From: Eledone cirrhosa | Taxonomy: Eukaryota | Reading direction: 5' to 3' | DNA length: 64,000 nt | NCBI GenBank assembly: GCA_964016885.1 | Contig: OZ024749.1 | Span: 17,422,001 to 17,486,000 of the forward strand | Part shown: one piece after another, positions 44,358-55,967 of the stretch | Numbering within the stretch: position 1 is the first letter of the stretch | How the letters are laid out: each line of letters begins with the position of its first letter | Translations under genes and position numbers: made by a program | Notes under the pieces: model-generated | What the model saw: only the letters and a program-made list of their open reading frames with translations | The model's database searches: none | What the model was told of the DNA's origin: nothing

Positions 44358-44640
44358 TGAGTGAAGAATTAGTATCCTAGACACTTCTTTCAGCTTATTA
44401 ATATACTTAGGAGTGTCTAGGATACTAATTTTTCACCCACTGATGAGCTACAATTGGTATTTCTATTCACAATTAATATTGCGAAACAGCACCAAGAGCT
44501 GTCTGGGTGATTGGTAGTTACCATAATTCCGGTTTGTATTTATTTTCTTGATTTTTTCTTAAATTGAGACAGGCAAACCCTATTGTCTATAGTTAGTATT
44601 CTTTTCACCTTAGCGAATCTGGTCCCTTGCGATTTGAACA
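44358..44640 (+). mobile_element. Penelope-like pseudo-LTR fragment with short inverted 5' segment
   Basis: Inverted repeat GTGAAGAATTAGTATCCTAGACACT / AGTGTCTAGGATACTAATTTTTCAC (44360-44437) directly followed by a hammerhead; AT-rich tail. Confidence 0.55.
44433..44510 (+). ncRNA. Type I hammerhead ribozyme, intact core, predicted cleavage after GUC at 44503
   Basis: TCACCCA-CTGATGA-GC...GC-GAAA-CAGC-ACCAAGA-GCTG-TC-TGGGTGA: 7-bp stem I, G-C closed stem II, 5-bp stem III. Confidence 0.85.
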
Positions 44641-44657
44641 CATATATGTATATATCC

Positions 44658-44713
44658 ACCGTCTAACCCATGCTAGCGTGGAAGAACGGACGTAAAACGG
44701 TGATGATGATGAT
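44658..44713 (+). mobile_element. Extremely 5'-truncated RTE 3' end
   Basis: CCGTCTAACCCATGCTAGCGTGGAAGAACGGACGTAAAACGG(TGA)n matches terminal ~55 nt of RTE copies. Confidence 0.7.
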
Positions 44714-44885
44714 CTGTGTTCGTTTTTCTTTTATATTCAATTATAATTATATATATAAATATATATACACACACACCCAACATATATGTTGAGATGTATA
44801 AGATTTCTCAAGCTTCACATTTCATATTCTGCCTTCCAAAGCGTGTCTATATATTTGTGTTTTTCATATTTCACAGTGATGGGGT

Positions 44886-45227
44886 TTACCGCAAGTGCTG
44901 ACTACGTATGTGAACAAACATTGACGAATTCTGAGTGAAAGATTTACCACATATTTCACATGTGTAAGGTTTTTCACCAGTGTGTATTCTTTTGTGTTTT
45001 ACAAGATTTGAACTCAGAGAAAAAGATTTCCCACATATTTCACAGTGGAAGGGTTTTTCTCCCGTGTGACTCCGTATGTGGACGACAAGATTAGAATTAT
45101 CAATAAAAGATTTACCACATATTTCACAGTGGAAGGCTTTTTCTCTACAGTGTATTTTCTCGTGTGAGGATAGTTTCAGTTTTGAAGAGAAAGTTTTCCT
45201 GCAAATCTCACAGCTATATTCAGACAT
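44886..45227 (-). CDS. C2H2 zinc-finger paralogue 2, 3 complete fingers plus a 4th broken by frameshift (possibly pseudogene)
   Basis: MSEYSCEICRKTFSSKLKLSSHEKIH start as in 5646; out-of-frame [10 protein letters not shown] continuation after HIRS; RTE inserted ~150 bp upstream. Confidence 0.7.
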   Translation of the reverse strand: MSEYSCEICRKTFSSKLKLSSHEKIHCREKAFHCEICGKSFIDNSNLVVHIRSHTGEKPFHCEICGKSFSLSSNLVKHKRIHTGEKPYTCEICGKSFTQNSSMFVHIRSQHLR

Positions 45228-45345
45228 ATTTCATAAAGGAATCTCACCACTTCCACTCATATATTAAGAAATGTAGCATTCAATTGGTAAAGTAATAAGA
45301 TGTATGAAAGTGTAAGACTGATCTTGGAATAAGAAAAAGCAAGTG

Positions 45346-45378
<33 letters not shown>

Positions 45379-45382
<4 letters not shown>

Positions 45383-48329
45383 CTATAGATCGGGGGAACA
45401 CACAAGCCAGGTAGATTATATCCTTACCAGAAGACGTGACAGAGTGTCTGTTGTTAACACTAAATCCCACCCCCATGAAGAATTCACCTCCCAACATAGA
45501 CTGATAATTAGCGACCTCATAGTCAGGACGAGACGTACTAGACAGCGAAAGAGGACTATCCTCAGGAGAAAAATATGGAAGCTAAAGGACCCCATAGCCA
45601 GAAATAAATTTCAAAGCAAATTACTTGACGCTTTCGACAGTAAGGAAGAGCAATTAGAGTCGTATAATATAGAGGAACAGTGGGAATTCCTGAGAGCAAA
45701 CCTGCTGACGGCGGCAGACGAAGTCTGTGGCTGGAGCAGGCCTGTAGGTAGGAGGAGAGTAACATGGTGGTGGAACAGTAAGGTGGAGGAGTCAATTAAG
45801 GCCAAAAAGCAGGCTTGGAAAGTATGGCGGGATGGGGGAAGTAGAGAAGACTATCAAGTGGCCAGGAGGGAAGCTAGGAGACAAGTGTACTTCGCAAGAA
45901 GGGAAGCAGAGGAAAGAAAGTTCAAGCATGTTCTACAACGTGAGGACCAAAAACGTGAGGTGTTCAGGATTGCCAGGCAATGTGTCAAGGAAAACCGTGA
46001 TATTGTCGGGGAGAAGTGTGTACTTAACGATGATGGCATACTTGCCATCACCGACGCTGATAAGAAGGTAGCTTGGAAGTGTCACTACGAAAGGCTTCTA
46101 AATGAGGAGAACAAATGGGAGAAAGACAGTCTCCCCCAGATCGATCCAATAGAGGGACCAGCAGTGTTAGTTGAAGGTAGTATAATAAGTAAGGCAATCA
46201 AAGATATGAAGACGGGTAAGGCGGCTGGGCCTTCGGAAATAGTTGCTGAGATGCTGAAGGCATCTGGTTCGGTGGGACACACCATGGTCACCCGGATAGT
46301 TAACCAAGTCGTACAGAATGGGGTTGTTCCGAAGGAATGGCGTAGCAGCATCATCGTTAACTGCTATAAGGGAAAAGGAGATGCCCTAGATAGGAGTAAC
46401 TATAGAGGCATTAAATTAATCGACCAGGTCATGAAGGTCACGGAAAAAGTAATAGCGCAACTAATCAGAGAGAGAATTGATCTAGATGAAATGCAGTTCG
46501 GGTTTGTGTCAGGCAAAAGTACCACAGACGCTCTTTTCATTGTACGACAACTACAGGAGAAGTACCTAGCTAAAAGTAAACCCCTATACTTAGCTTTTGT
46601 CGACTTGGAGAAAGCCTTCGACAGAGTCCCCCGTTCCATTATCTGGTGGTCTCTTAGAAAACTAGGTGTTGACGAATGGCTTGTGAGAGCTATACAAGCC
46701 ATGTATAAAGAAACAGTCAGTAAGGTTAGAATTAACAACGAATATAGTGAAGAGTTTAGCGTAAAAGTTGGTGTCCATCAGGGCTCTGTACTTAGCCCCC
46801 TACTATTTATTATTGCCCTTCAGGCTATAACAGAGGAGTTCAAGACCGGCTGCCCATGGGAACTCCTATACGCAGATGATCTAACGCTCATAGCTGAATC
46901 AATGACCGAACTAGAGAAGAAATTCCAAACGTGGAAGCACGGCCTAGAATCAAAAGGCCTTAAAATTAACCTGGCTAAGACTAAAGTTCTAGTTTGTAGG
47001 AAAGAAAATAAGGCGGCGGTCCCATCGGGGAAATGGCCATGCTCAGTGTGTAGGAAAGGCGTAGTTAGAAACTCCATTTTATGTCCCAAATGCAAAGTAT
47101 GGGTGCATAAAAGATGTAGTGGGATCACAGGTAAGCTAACTAAGAACATAGATTTTACATGTGGCCGGTGCTCTGGTGCAATAAGTAGCAGCAAGTGCCC
47201 ACAAAATACTAGCTCCTTCAACTGCGCAGAGGGTTCTATAGAAATAGTGGACAGCTTCCGTTATCTGGGTGACAAAATCAGCAGTGGGGGAGGGTGCTCT
47301 GAAAGTACAGTAGCTAGAGTCAGAACTGGATGGAAAAAGTTCAGAGAGCTTATACCACTATTAGCCGCTAGAGGGTTCTCCCTAAAAATGAAAGGCAGGT
47401 TATACGATGCCTGCATACGAACAGCAATGCTGCATGGCAGTGAGACCTGGGCATTGTGTGCAGAGGATATACGCAGACTAGAGAGGAACGAAGCTTGCAT
47501 GCTCCGCTGGATGTGCAATAGTAATATACGTGAACGGCAAAGCATAAACGAACTAAGGAAAAAATTAGAAATAAGAGGGATCAGATGTTGTTTACTCGAG
47601 AGAAGGCTACGTTGGTACGGTCACGTGATGCGCATGAAAGACGACAGCTGTATAACAAAGTGCAGGGCAATAAAAATAGACGGTAGCCACGGAGTAGGCA
47701 GACCCAGAAAAACATGGGACGAGCTGATAAATTCCGACCTCACACGCTTACACCTCTCCAAGACAATGTCACTGGACCGAGACCTTTGGCGGTACTCAGT
47801 AATAGAGAAGACCCGCCTTACCTAAATACAAAGTAAAAACCTACTACAGTCAGTAGGCACCTCTATCAAAACACACCCCCGTCCCACCACCTCCACCCCA
47901 CCCACACCGCCCCTTTCAATGTAAAGTTATGTTGGTCCCACAACATCCAGGCCGAAACAAATGAGATCGTGTAGGTGTCACGACAAAAAACACACAGTCC
48001 ACGCTGTAAATGTGGCCGTGTAGGCAACACGGTAAAAACCTCCCAGCCCCACACTGTAAATGTGGTTGGTGTTAGGAAGGGCATCCAGCTGTAGAAAACC
48101 CGCCAGACAGTCCACGCTGTAATGTGGCCGTGTAGGCAACACGGTAAAAACCTCCCAGCCCCACACTGTAAATGTGGTTGGTGTTAGGAAGGGCATCCAA
48201 CTGTAGAAAACCCGCCAGACAGTCCTATGCGAGCAAGACAACCACTCTTGCCTCAAGTGGGAAAACCCCCGTCCAAACCCATGCAAGCGTGGAACACGGA
48301 CGCTAAACCTGATGATGATGATGATGATG

Positions 48330-48332
<3 letters not shown>
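45379..48332 (+). mobile_element. RTE-clade LINE copy 2, 5'-truncated within endonuclease, inserted in (TA)n
   Basis: Begins after (TA)n at 45348-45378; ends in (GAT)n 48310-48332; empty paralogous site at ~55921-55990. Confidence 0.95.
45381..47825 (+). CDS. Uninterrupted partial RTE ORF2 (EN C-terminus, RT, PHD-type finger insertion, C-terminal domain); no native start
   Basis: Open frame from ACC at 45381 through ORF 45444-47825; YADD catalytic motif; C4HC3 at 47040-47171. Confidence 0.85.

Positions 48333-48336
<4 letters not shown>

Positions 48337-48395
<59 letters not shown>
48337..48395. repeat. (GT)n microsatellite
   Basis: Direct reading. Confidence 0.95.
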
Positions 48396-48397
<2 letters not shown>

Positions 48398-49590
48398 TTT
48401 TTATTTTTGTTAAGGTGAGAGAAGCTCTATTCACAATAACATCCTCAGCTCATAAAACAGACTAATAAGTCTTCGTAATTTAAGGTTCTTGTTATTGAGG
48501 ACAGTTCAGATGACAAGAGAATTAATATCCATAATTTCAAAAGATGAAGGTTAATATATATACATATATATATAGACATACAGTGTGTAGGTATGAGAGA
48601 GAGAAATAGACGTGTGTGTATGTAGAATTATGTGTGTAAGTGTTATAATAAATCAAGATATTTCACTTCAGATAGAAAAGTTCACAATGTTTGTGTTGTG
48701 ATGGAAACCAAATAATACGAACTTTAGTTTTCAAGACCAAATATAAAGTCAAGAAAAGTTAGTAAAAACTAAATGTTCACTGATTTCTGATTAAAATAAT
48801 ATTTTCCTGTCCTGAAAAATGTTGAACGGCCACTTCAATATTTAATAATACAGGTGATAAAACAACAACTATAAGGTAAATAAGTCACCTTATGTTATTT
48901 ACAAACATTAACGTTCACCTTAATATGAAATAATCACCATAAAAGATAAAATTAGATGAGGTTTAAGTTGTAACAATGGAACTGATATAAATGGTAACAT
49001 TTCACTGTCTAGTTGACACCGGTGTCATGACTTAAGGGCCCCTACATAATTTAATACATTCAGAAACAACTTCCGTTATGTTAATTCACACGTTCAATCA
49101 ATATGTCAGATTTGTATAAATAAAATTATTAATTTCACATAACTGTTCATATTAAAACAAAACACACTATTAAAGGTAATAAAACATTTAAAAAATGGAA
49201 ATGAAAAGATAAAAAACAAAAACATGAGAGACATGTGGAATGATGTGTCTTGCTTAAGGACACAATGTACTTCCCTTTGAAAACATTATATTACAATATG
49301 CTGTATGACTTCACTATAAAATATGTAAGTGTTTGTATACATATATATAGTATATATTTGTGTGTATACATTGTCTCATTCCATGAGAGTAACTTGGTTA
49401 GTCTATGAACTCCTCATCCGACCCTTCTCAGTGAGTGTGTACATATGTATATAGAATATTGTCACAACTACTATATACACCACATATACACTATATATAA
49501 TATTGTCCAATATATGTAAACTATTTGTCATGTCCAAGGGAAAGGCTGATATAGATCGGCACCCATGACATTACAACTATTTTATACACT
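48396..49590 (-). repeat. Extended ZNF-upstream block U, paralogous to 55968-57160
   Basis: Colinear high similarity from TAAGGTGAGAGAAGCTCTATTCAC to CCATGACATTACAACTA in both places. Confidence 0.88.
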
Positions 49591-49591
49591 A

Positions 49592-49927
49592 TATCATCAT
49601 CATTTCATTTTACGTACGCTTTTTCCCTGCTTGCAAGGGTGGGACGGGAACTGATTCTGGCTTGATTTCTACAGCTGGATGCCCTTCCTAACACCAACCT
49701 CATTTACAGTGAGTGCTGGGTGCTTTTTTGCCGTGGTACCTCCACGACCACTTTGCAGTGGAATGATATGGACCCCAGTCCCTATCATCTCATTTCTACA
49801 GCTGAGTAAACTGGAGCAATGTGAAATAAAGTGTCTTGCTCAAGGAAACAACACATCACCCGGTCTGAGAATTGAACTCACAACCTTTTGATTGCAAGGC
49901 CAATGCTCTAACCACTAAGCCATGTGC

Positions 49928-49930
<3 letters not shown>
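49592..49930 (-). mobile_element. tRNA-derived CORE-like SINE with RTE-type 3' tail and (GAT)n end
   Basis: Minus strand A box TGGCTTAGTGG, B box GAGTTCAATTC, CORE-like CCTTGAGCAAGACACTT; 33-nt exact match (49666-49698) to RTE 3' UTR 48065-48097. Confidence 0.7.
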
Positions 49931-49975
<45 letters not shown>

Positions 49976-50106
49976 GCAAAAGTTTTATTTAAAATTGTTG
50001 GGTTACAACAAGCAAATATTTTATAACTGATATAAAGCACTCGACAAGTTTTTGGAGTAGATATACGATATTAAACAAATGGAAACTATATTTATAAAAC
50101 CATATT

Positions 50107-50172
50107 TATTTCATTATACATATTTCAGGGATACCATATTAAAAATATGGTATGCCTTCGTCAGATAAAATA
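50107..50172 (-). ncRNA. Minimal type I hammerhead ribozyme (PLE-type, palindromic stem III), predicted AUA cleavage
   Basis: Minus strand TATTTTAT-CTGACGA-AGGCATACCATATT(TTT)AATATGGTATCCCT-GAAA-TATGT-ATA-ATGAAATA. Confidence 0.7.
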
Positions 50173-50231
50173 CAATAATAAACAGTTTTATAAATAATTT
50201 TGACGTACCATAATATAAGCGACCATGTATA

Positions 50232-51977
50232 ATGCATGAATTAGACATTGAGAATAAAACACAACCCTTCATGCCTAGGAAACCCAAGATCAATATGAAA
50301 GATCACAAAAGAAATTTTGAAAATGATTTGCCAGTCAGATTGATTGCACCATCAAAATCTGACCTGGGAAAACTTAGCAAAAACATTCTAGACAGGGTAA
50401 TACAGCAAATTAAAAACTTACATAATTTACCTTACTTAAAGTTATGGAAGGGGACTGGTGAGGTTATTGAGTGGTTTAAAGAAATTAAATATAACTATAA
50501 TAATAAGTTTATTCAACTTGATATTGCTAACTACTATTCATCTATCACTCCTAATCTACTGAATAAGGCACTAAATTACTCATTTAAACATACAGACCTA
50601 ACTAGCAATGAAATGCACATTATATTATCGGCAAGGAAAACATTGATAGAATTTAATAACCAACTATGGACTAGGGCAGATAGAGATAATAATTTCGACA
50701 TAACTATGGGATCATCTGACTCAGCTCAGGTAACGGACCCTGTGGGCCTATTTATAATTAATTCGCTGCATAGAAAAATACCAGGTGTAACCGGAGGATT
50801 ATATCGTGATGACATGCTTTTACTTATAGAAAATAATAACTGTGAACTAAATAGAAAAAGAAAACAAATTATACAATTTTTTAATTATCTTAATCTAAAA
50901 ATAGAAATAGAGAATAACCATAGAATAGACAATTTCCTAGATGTAACACTAAATCTCAACACATGTCTTCACTATCCATTTCACAAACTAAATGAGAACT
51001 TGAATTATGTCAATTTTAACTCTAATCACCCCAGATCTGTTAAAAATACTATAGTGAACTCTGTTCAAGAACGAATTTCAAGAATTTCATCTAATAAAAA
51101 TATTTTTGACGAAAAAGCGCAGTATTACAATGAAGCGTTAGCTAGAGCAGGATATAGTGATAAAATTAAGTACATCGATAATAATAAGCAAACTAACCAA
51201 AAAATAACAATTTTAATTACGGTAACAACATTAACAACTATAATAGAAAACATTACAATAATTCCAAAAGCCGAAAAAGAAATAGAACTAGAAATATAAT
51301 ATGGTTTGCGCCCTCCCCCCACCTTTTCACTATATATTAAAACCCATATTACTAAACTATTCTTTAATGCTCTTGACAAACGCTTCCCTAGAACACATAA
51401 ATATCAATCAATTTTTAATAGACATACTATAAAATTAACTTACTCGTCCACCAAAAATTTAGCACAAAATATTAACAGAATTAATAATAGGAATTTAAAA
51501 CCTAACCAAAATACCAATAATAACCCAAACAATATTCAATTAAATAACTGTAACTGTAGAAATAAATCTAACTGTCCGTTAAATAACAATTGCTTAGTTA
51601 AAAATGTAGTATACAATTGTAATGTTAAAACTAACTTAAATTCTTTCAACTATGTTGGTTCCACCTCGACAGAATTTAAACTTCGCTTCAATAATCATAA
51701 GAATTCTTTCACAGATCAAAACAAAAAATCCTCAACTTCGCTATCAAGCCTACTCTGGCAACTTAAACGAGATAATGTTGAGTATTCGATGTTTTGGAAT
51801 ATTGTCTCAAGAGGGATTCCTTTTAATTCCTCATCAGAGACATGTGATCTCTGTGTGGAGGAGATATTCTTTATATTAAAGTCCAAAAATTCCCTTAATT
51901 TAAGGAGCAATTTATTCAGTTGCTGCAGACATAGATTGAACTCAACGTTTAAATATAAATATAAATTTAAAATGTAG
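50232..51977 (+). mobile_element. Penelope-like element, 5'-truncated, RT plus C-terminal GIY-YIG endonuclease (Naiad-like); disrupted between domains
   Basis: RT: QLDIANYYSSI, FDITMGSSDSA, GLYRDD, FLDVTLNL, SNHP; EN: CNCRNKSNCPLNNNCL, VVY...YVG, RFNNH, CDLCVEE, LNLRS...CCRH; linker RNIIWF is in another frame. Confidence 0.88.
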
Positions 51978-52917
51978 TATAATTAATTAAGAAATTTAGT
52001 TAATATATGAAACCTGACGATAAATCTTTTGATTCCTTCACCTTTTTCTTTTTAAACCTTCTTCATAAATATAAACAAAGATGTAATTAAACTACTCTAA
52101 AATGTATATGCTCCCAATGTATTAAATATATTTTACGCAAGATAAATTTCTATAATAAATATAAGGGCATCCGTAGAATCACTGGGTCTTCTAAAATCTT
52201 TAAAATAATTTTTGTTTTTTATTTGCTTTTTGACACTGATAGCTTCTAAATGACTTTGCAATATATTGTCTGAAAAATAGGAAGGATAGATTTCTGTAGC
52301 AAATATATGAAGCATATTGTTTTTTGCCTGAGATACTCTATAGTGTGTTGAAAATATTTTAGTGTTTTGATGTTTCTGTGCTGATATATTGATATTTGAT
52401 TATCTCTATACAAAGGCCATATGTGTATTAACATGCATATAGAAGGTTTATAGAGTTTATTTTATGTGTTCATGTGTCTGTATATGTGCATAGAGATGCT
52501 GGAAAACTCACGCAGATATCTTGTATATACATATATATATATATATAGGTATGGTTCTGTATATGTTACAGATATGCATAATATTAAATACATGAACGGT
52601 AATCATATATGTGAGGACATGAATATTAATCGTATATTTTTTTATGTATATATATAGTGAAATTTTTTATAACACAAGAAATTCTTTTTATGACACAAGA
52701 AATTATAGAGTTGATCAGGTGAAGTCATGTGTATGTCATATTATTGACTAGAGTTAGACATAACTTTCTCTTTTTCTTTTTTCAGAAAGTACATATACGT
52801 GTATATATACATATATATTTCCGTATTTTTATAAATAGGGTAATTTTTTGAAGGTTTATCTCAGATTTTGGTACATTGACCTCAGAGTTTTAAACTAAAC
52901 ATATGGTCATTATTGAA

Positions 52918-53030
52918 CAAATCCCGCCGAGGTTGACTTTGCCTTTCATCCTTACGAGGTCGATAAAATAAAGTACCAGTAATGCACTGGGATAATTGAT
53001 GGCCTTGTGCCAAAAGTAGAAACAATTATT
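52918..53030 (+). mobile_element. SINE 3' part, same family as 6566-6745
   Basis: AATCCCGCCGAGGTTGACTTTGCCTTTCATCCTTACGAGGTCGATAAAAT...GGCCTTGTGCCAAAAGTAGAAAC. Confidence 0.75.
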
Positions 53031-53261
53031 GAACAAAGTTATTTTCTCATATTATATATCTATGTCTCATTCATGAATATTGATATTTACATTCTTTTAT
53101 CCATTTCATATGAATTGATAATTCAAATTGATATGACATGATGTAAAGATGTAACTGTATCCTTCTCCTCTATATAGCTCTTTCTCCTCTCTCTTGTGCT
53201 TATCTTTATGTATGATGAAGTATTATGTATCTGTCGCTTTAGTTTTGCCTCTCTTATTTCA

Positions 53262-54895
53262 AAAAAGAAAACAGGGGGTTGTTCCCAGCGGGAAGACCCA
53301 GAGATCAGCATGGACACATGCAAGCATGTTAGCAGTTTCTCATAGAACCTTCTGGCTAAAGGTGAGTCTTTCAATCCTGAAAACATGTGTTGTTTTTATT
53401 GTCACTGATGATGGAGTTGGCTTCTTCTTGTTAATGGTATTGGTAGTGATTGCTGGTAAATTGTTGGTGTATACACAAATATGTTGTTGTTGCTGCTGTC
53501 GCTGCCTTCCTCTTGTTAATAGTAGTGTTTGCTGGTAAGATGTTGGTGTATACACATATGTTGTTGTTGTTAATGTCACCGCTGCTATCGCTGCCTTCCT
53601 CTTGTTGATGGTGGTGGTAGTTGAAACTGCTACCTATTCGGGCTGCCAGGCTGGTTGCTAGGGCTTGGACGCCTTCTTTAACCGAAGATGCGGGGTTGTT
53701 ATTGTCACTGTTTCTGTCGTTGCCTTCCTTTTGTTAATGGTAGTGATAATTGTTAGTGCTACCTATATCGGCTGTCAAGCTGGCTGCTATATCAGCTTCT
53801 GCGAGTGACGCTCCAATGGCCTTCTTGACCAAAGATGCAGGTCAATGGCTTTTGGCATCGCTTGGCAACACAACAGCAAATAAATATATTCTCTATATTT
53901 TTTTCTTTCTTTCTGATCCAATTCAATATCATCAATTGGAAAGACCAATGGAAACATTGTTTCCTTGGTCCAATCTGATGAGTTCCACTCCACTTGGTAA
54001 GTAAGAACTGAGATGAGATTTATTACAAAAAACCCCACTAAAATCAAGATACTGGGTTGGTATAACTACCTGGTTTGTATATGTCTGTTGTGGTGTGGTA
54101 TGTGGTGTGTTGTGGTGTGTGAAATGGCTGAAGAAAAAGTGAAGAAAGTTGTAAAGTATTTTCAAATGTGAATTATTTTTTTAAAAAGTCAAAATTTCAA
54201 CTGTCATGAAAGTATCATCCAACAAATATTAAAGTTATGCAATTGTTTTTATTTACACATGTGGATAATTTGCCATAAATATAAATATAAACCAGTTAAG
54301 GTTTACAAAATAAACATATAAACACATCAATGTTTTTTTTAAATGATGTAGTCGTAAGGGTGTCACTGTGAACATTTGAAGCTTGGAGCCCTTCACTCTC
54401 CAGAAAAGGAGAGAAAAAGAGGGAGGAAGTGAGAAAGAAATATAGAGAGGAAGAACAGACCCCAGTGATAGATTGGTATTTTTTTTTATCAACTTTGAAT
54501 AGACGAAAGAAAGTTGACCTCAGCAGGATTTAAACTCAGAGAGCAGAGAACCAGGACAAATATGGCAGAAAGCATTCCATCTACTGTTTTAAAGATTTTA
54601 AATAAATGTTTTTACTTTTGACTCAAGGCCAGCAATTTGAAGAGAAAGAGGAATGCCAATTAAGATGTCACAATCTTCCATGGCATTGCTGAGATCATTA
54701 GTCTCCAGCTGGACATCCTGAGACATCTGATCTATGTAGGTCGATCTCAGTCATCCCACTATGGTCTTACAATGTTTAGATATCTACAACAATAGCCAGC
54801 TCATCCTACCCTCAGTAACAATGTCCAGTATATCTTGTCCTCCACTCCCTAGTTATTATGGTAATCTTTGATATATGTCAGTATATTTCTTCCCT
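53262..54895 (-). repeat. Block D copy 3 (inverted), downstream of ZNF paralogue 3
   Basis: Reverse complement of 6270-6510 and 7100-8835 segments. Confidence 0.85.
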
Positions 54896-54947
54896 TTGTG
54901 TAATGTATTAAAAAATAAAAATAATAAAATATATATGTATACACACA

Positions 54948-55417
54948 CGGAGTAGGCAGACCCAGAAAAACCTGGGACGACTTGATAAATTCCGACCTCA
55001 CACACTTACACCTCTCCAAGACAATGTCACTGGACCGAGATCTTTGGCGCTACGCAGTAATACAGAAGACCCGCCTTGCCTAAGTGCAAAGCGAAACCTA
55101 CACCCCCGTCCCATAACCCCACCCCTTTCGATGTAAAGTTATGTTGGTACCACAACATCCAGTCCTAAATAAATGAGGTCGTGTAGGTGTCACAACAAAA
55201 AAACACACAGTCCACGCTGTAATGTGGCCGTGTAGGTAACACGGTAAAACCCTCCCAGTCCACACTGTAAACGTGGTTGGTGTTAGGAAGGGCATCCAGC
55301 CGTAGAAAACCCGCCAGACAGTCCTATACGAGCAAGACAACCAATATTGCTTAAAGTGGGAAAATTCCGTCCAAACCCAAGCTAGCGTGGAAGGTGGACG
55401 TTAAACAATGATGATGA
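54948..55417 (+). mobile_element. 5'-truncated RTE copy 3 (last ~45 codons plus 3' UTR)
   Basis: GGAGTAGGCAGACCCAGAAAAACCTGGGAC... to AAACAATGATGATGA; flanked by ACACACAC on both sides. Confidence 0.9.
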
Positions 55418-55494
55418 CACACACACAACATATATGTTGTGATGTATAAGATTTCTCAAATTTCACATTTTATATTCTGCCTTCCAAAGTGTTT

Positions 55495-55832
55495 CTATTC
55501 ACAGTGATGGGGTTTACCGCAAGTGATGACTACATAGGTGAACAACCAGTGACGAATTCTCAGTGAAAGATTTACCACATATTTCACCAGTATGTATTCT
55601 TTTGTGACATACAAGATGAGAACTACGAGAAAAAGATTTCCCACATATTTCACAGTGGAAGGGTTTTTCTCCTGTGTGACTCCGTATGTGGACGACAAGA
55701 ATAGAATTATTTATGAAAGATTTACCACATATTTCACAGCGGAAGGGTTTTTCTCTGTGTATTTTCTCGTGAGGTTAGTTTCAGTTTTGAAGAGAAAGTT
55801 TTCCTGCAAATCTCACAGCTATATTCAGACAT
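55495..55832 (-). pseudogene. C2H2 zinc-finger paralogue 3, frameshifted pseudogene
   Basis: ATG at 55832 encoding MSEYSCEICRKTFSSKLKL, small deletions in finger 1/linker and loss of a linker later; colinear with 44886-45227. Confidence 0.85.
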
Positions 55833-55967
55833 ATTTCATAAAGAAATCTCACCACTTCCACTCATATATTAAGTAATATAGCATTCAGTTGGTAAAGTAA
55901 TAAGATGTATGAAAACGTAAGACTGATCTTGGAAGAAGAAATATATATATATGTGCGTGCGTGTGTG

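Noticed and set aside
49860-49930. tRNA gene (A and B boxes)
   Set aside because: No full cloverleaf/acceptor stem; continues into SINE body
52005-52050. ATGA/CTGACGA after the PLE stop as SECIS or hammerhead (some Naiad PLEs are selenoproteins)
   Set aside because: No pairing partner or GAAA core found; no in-frame TGA at Cys positions in the ORFs
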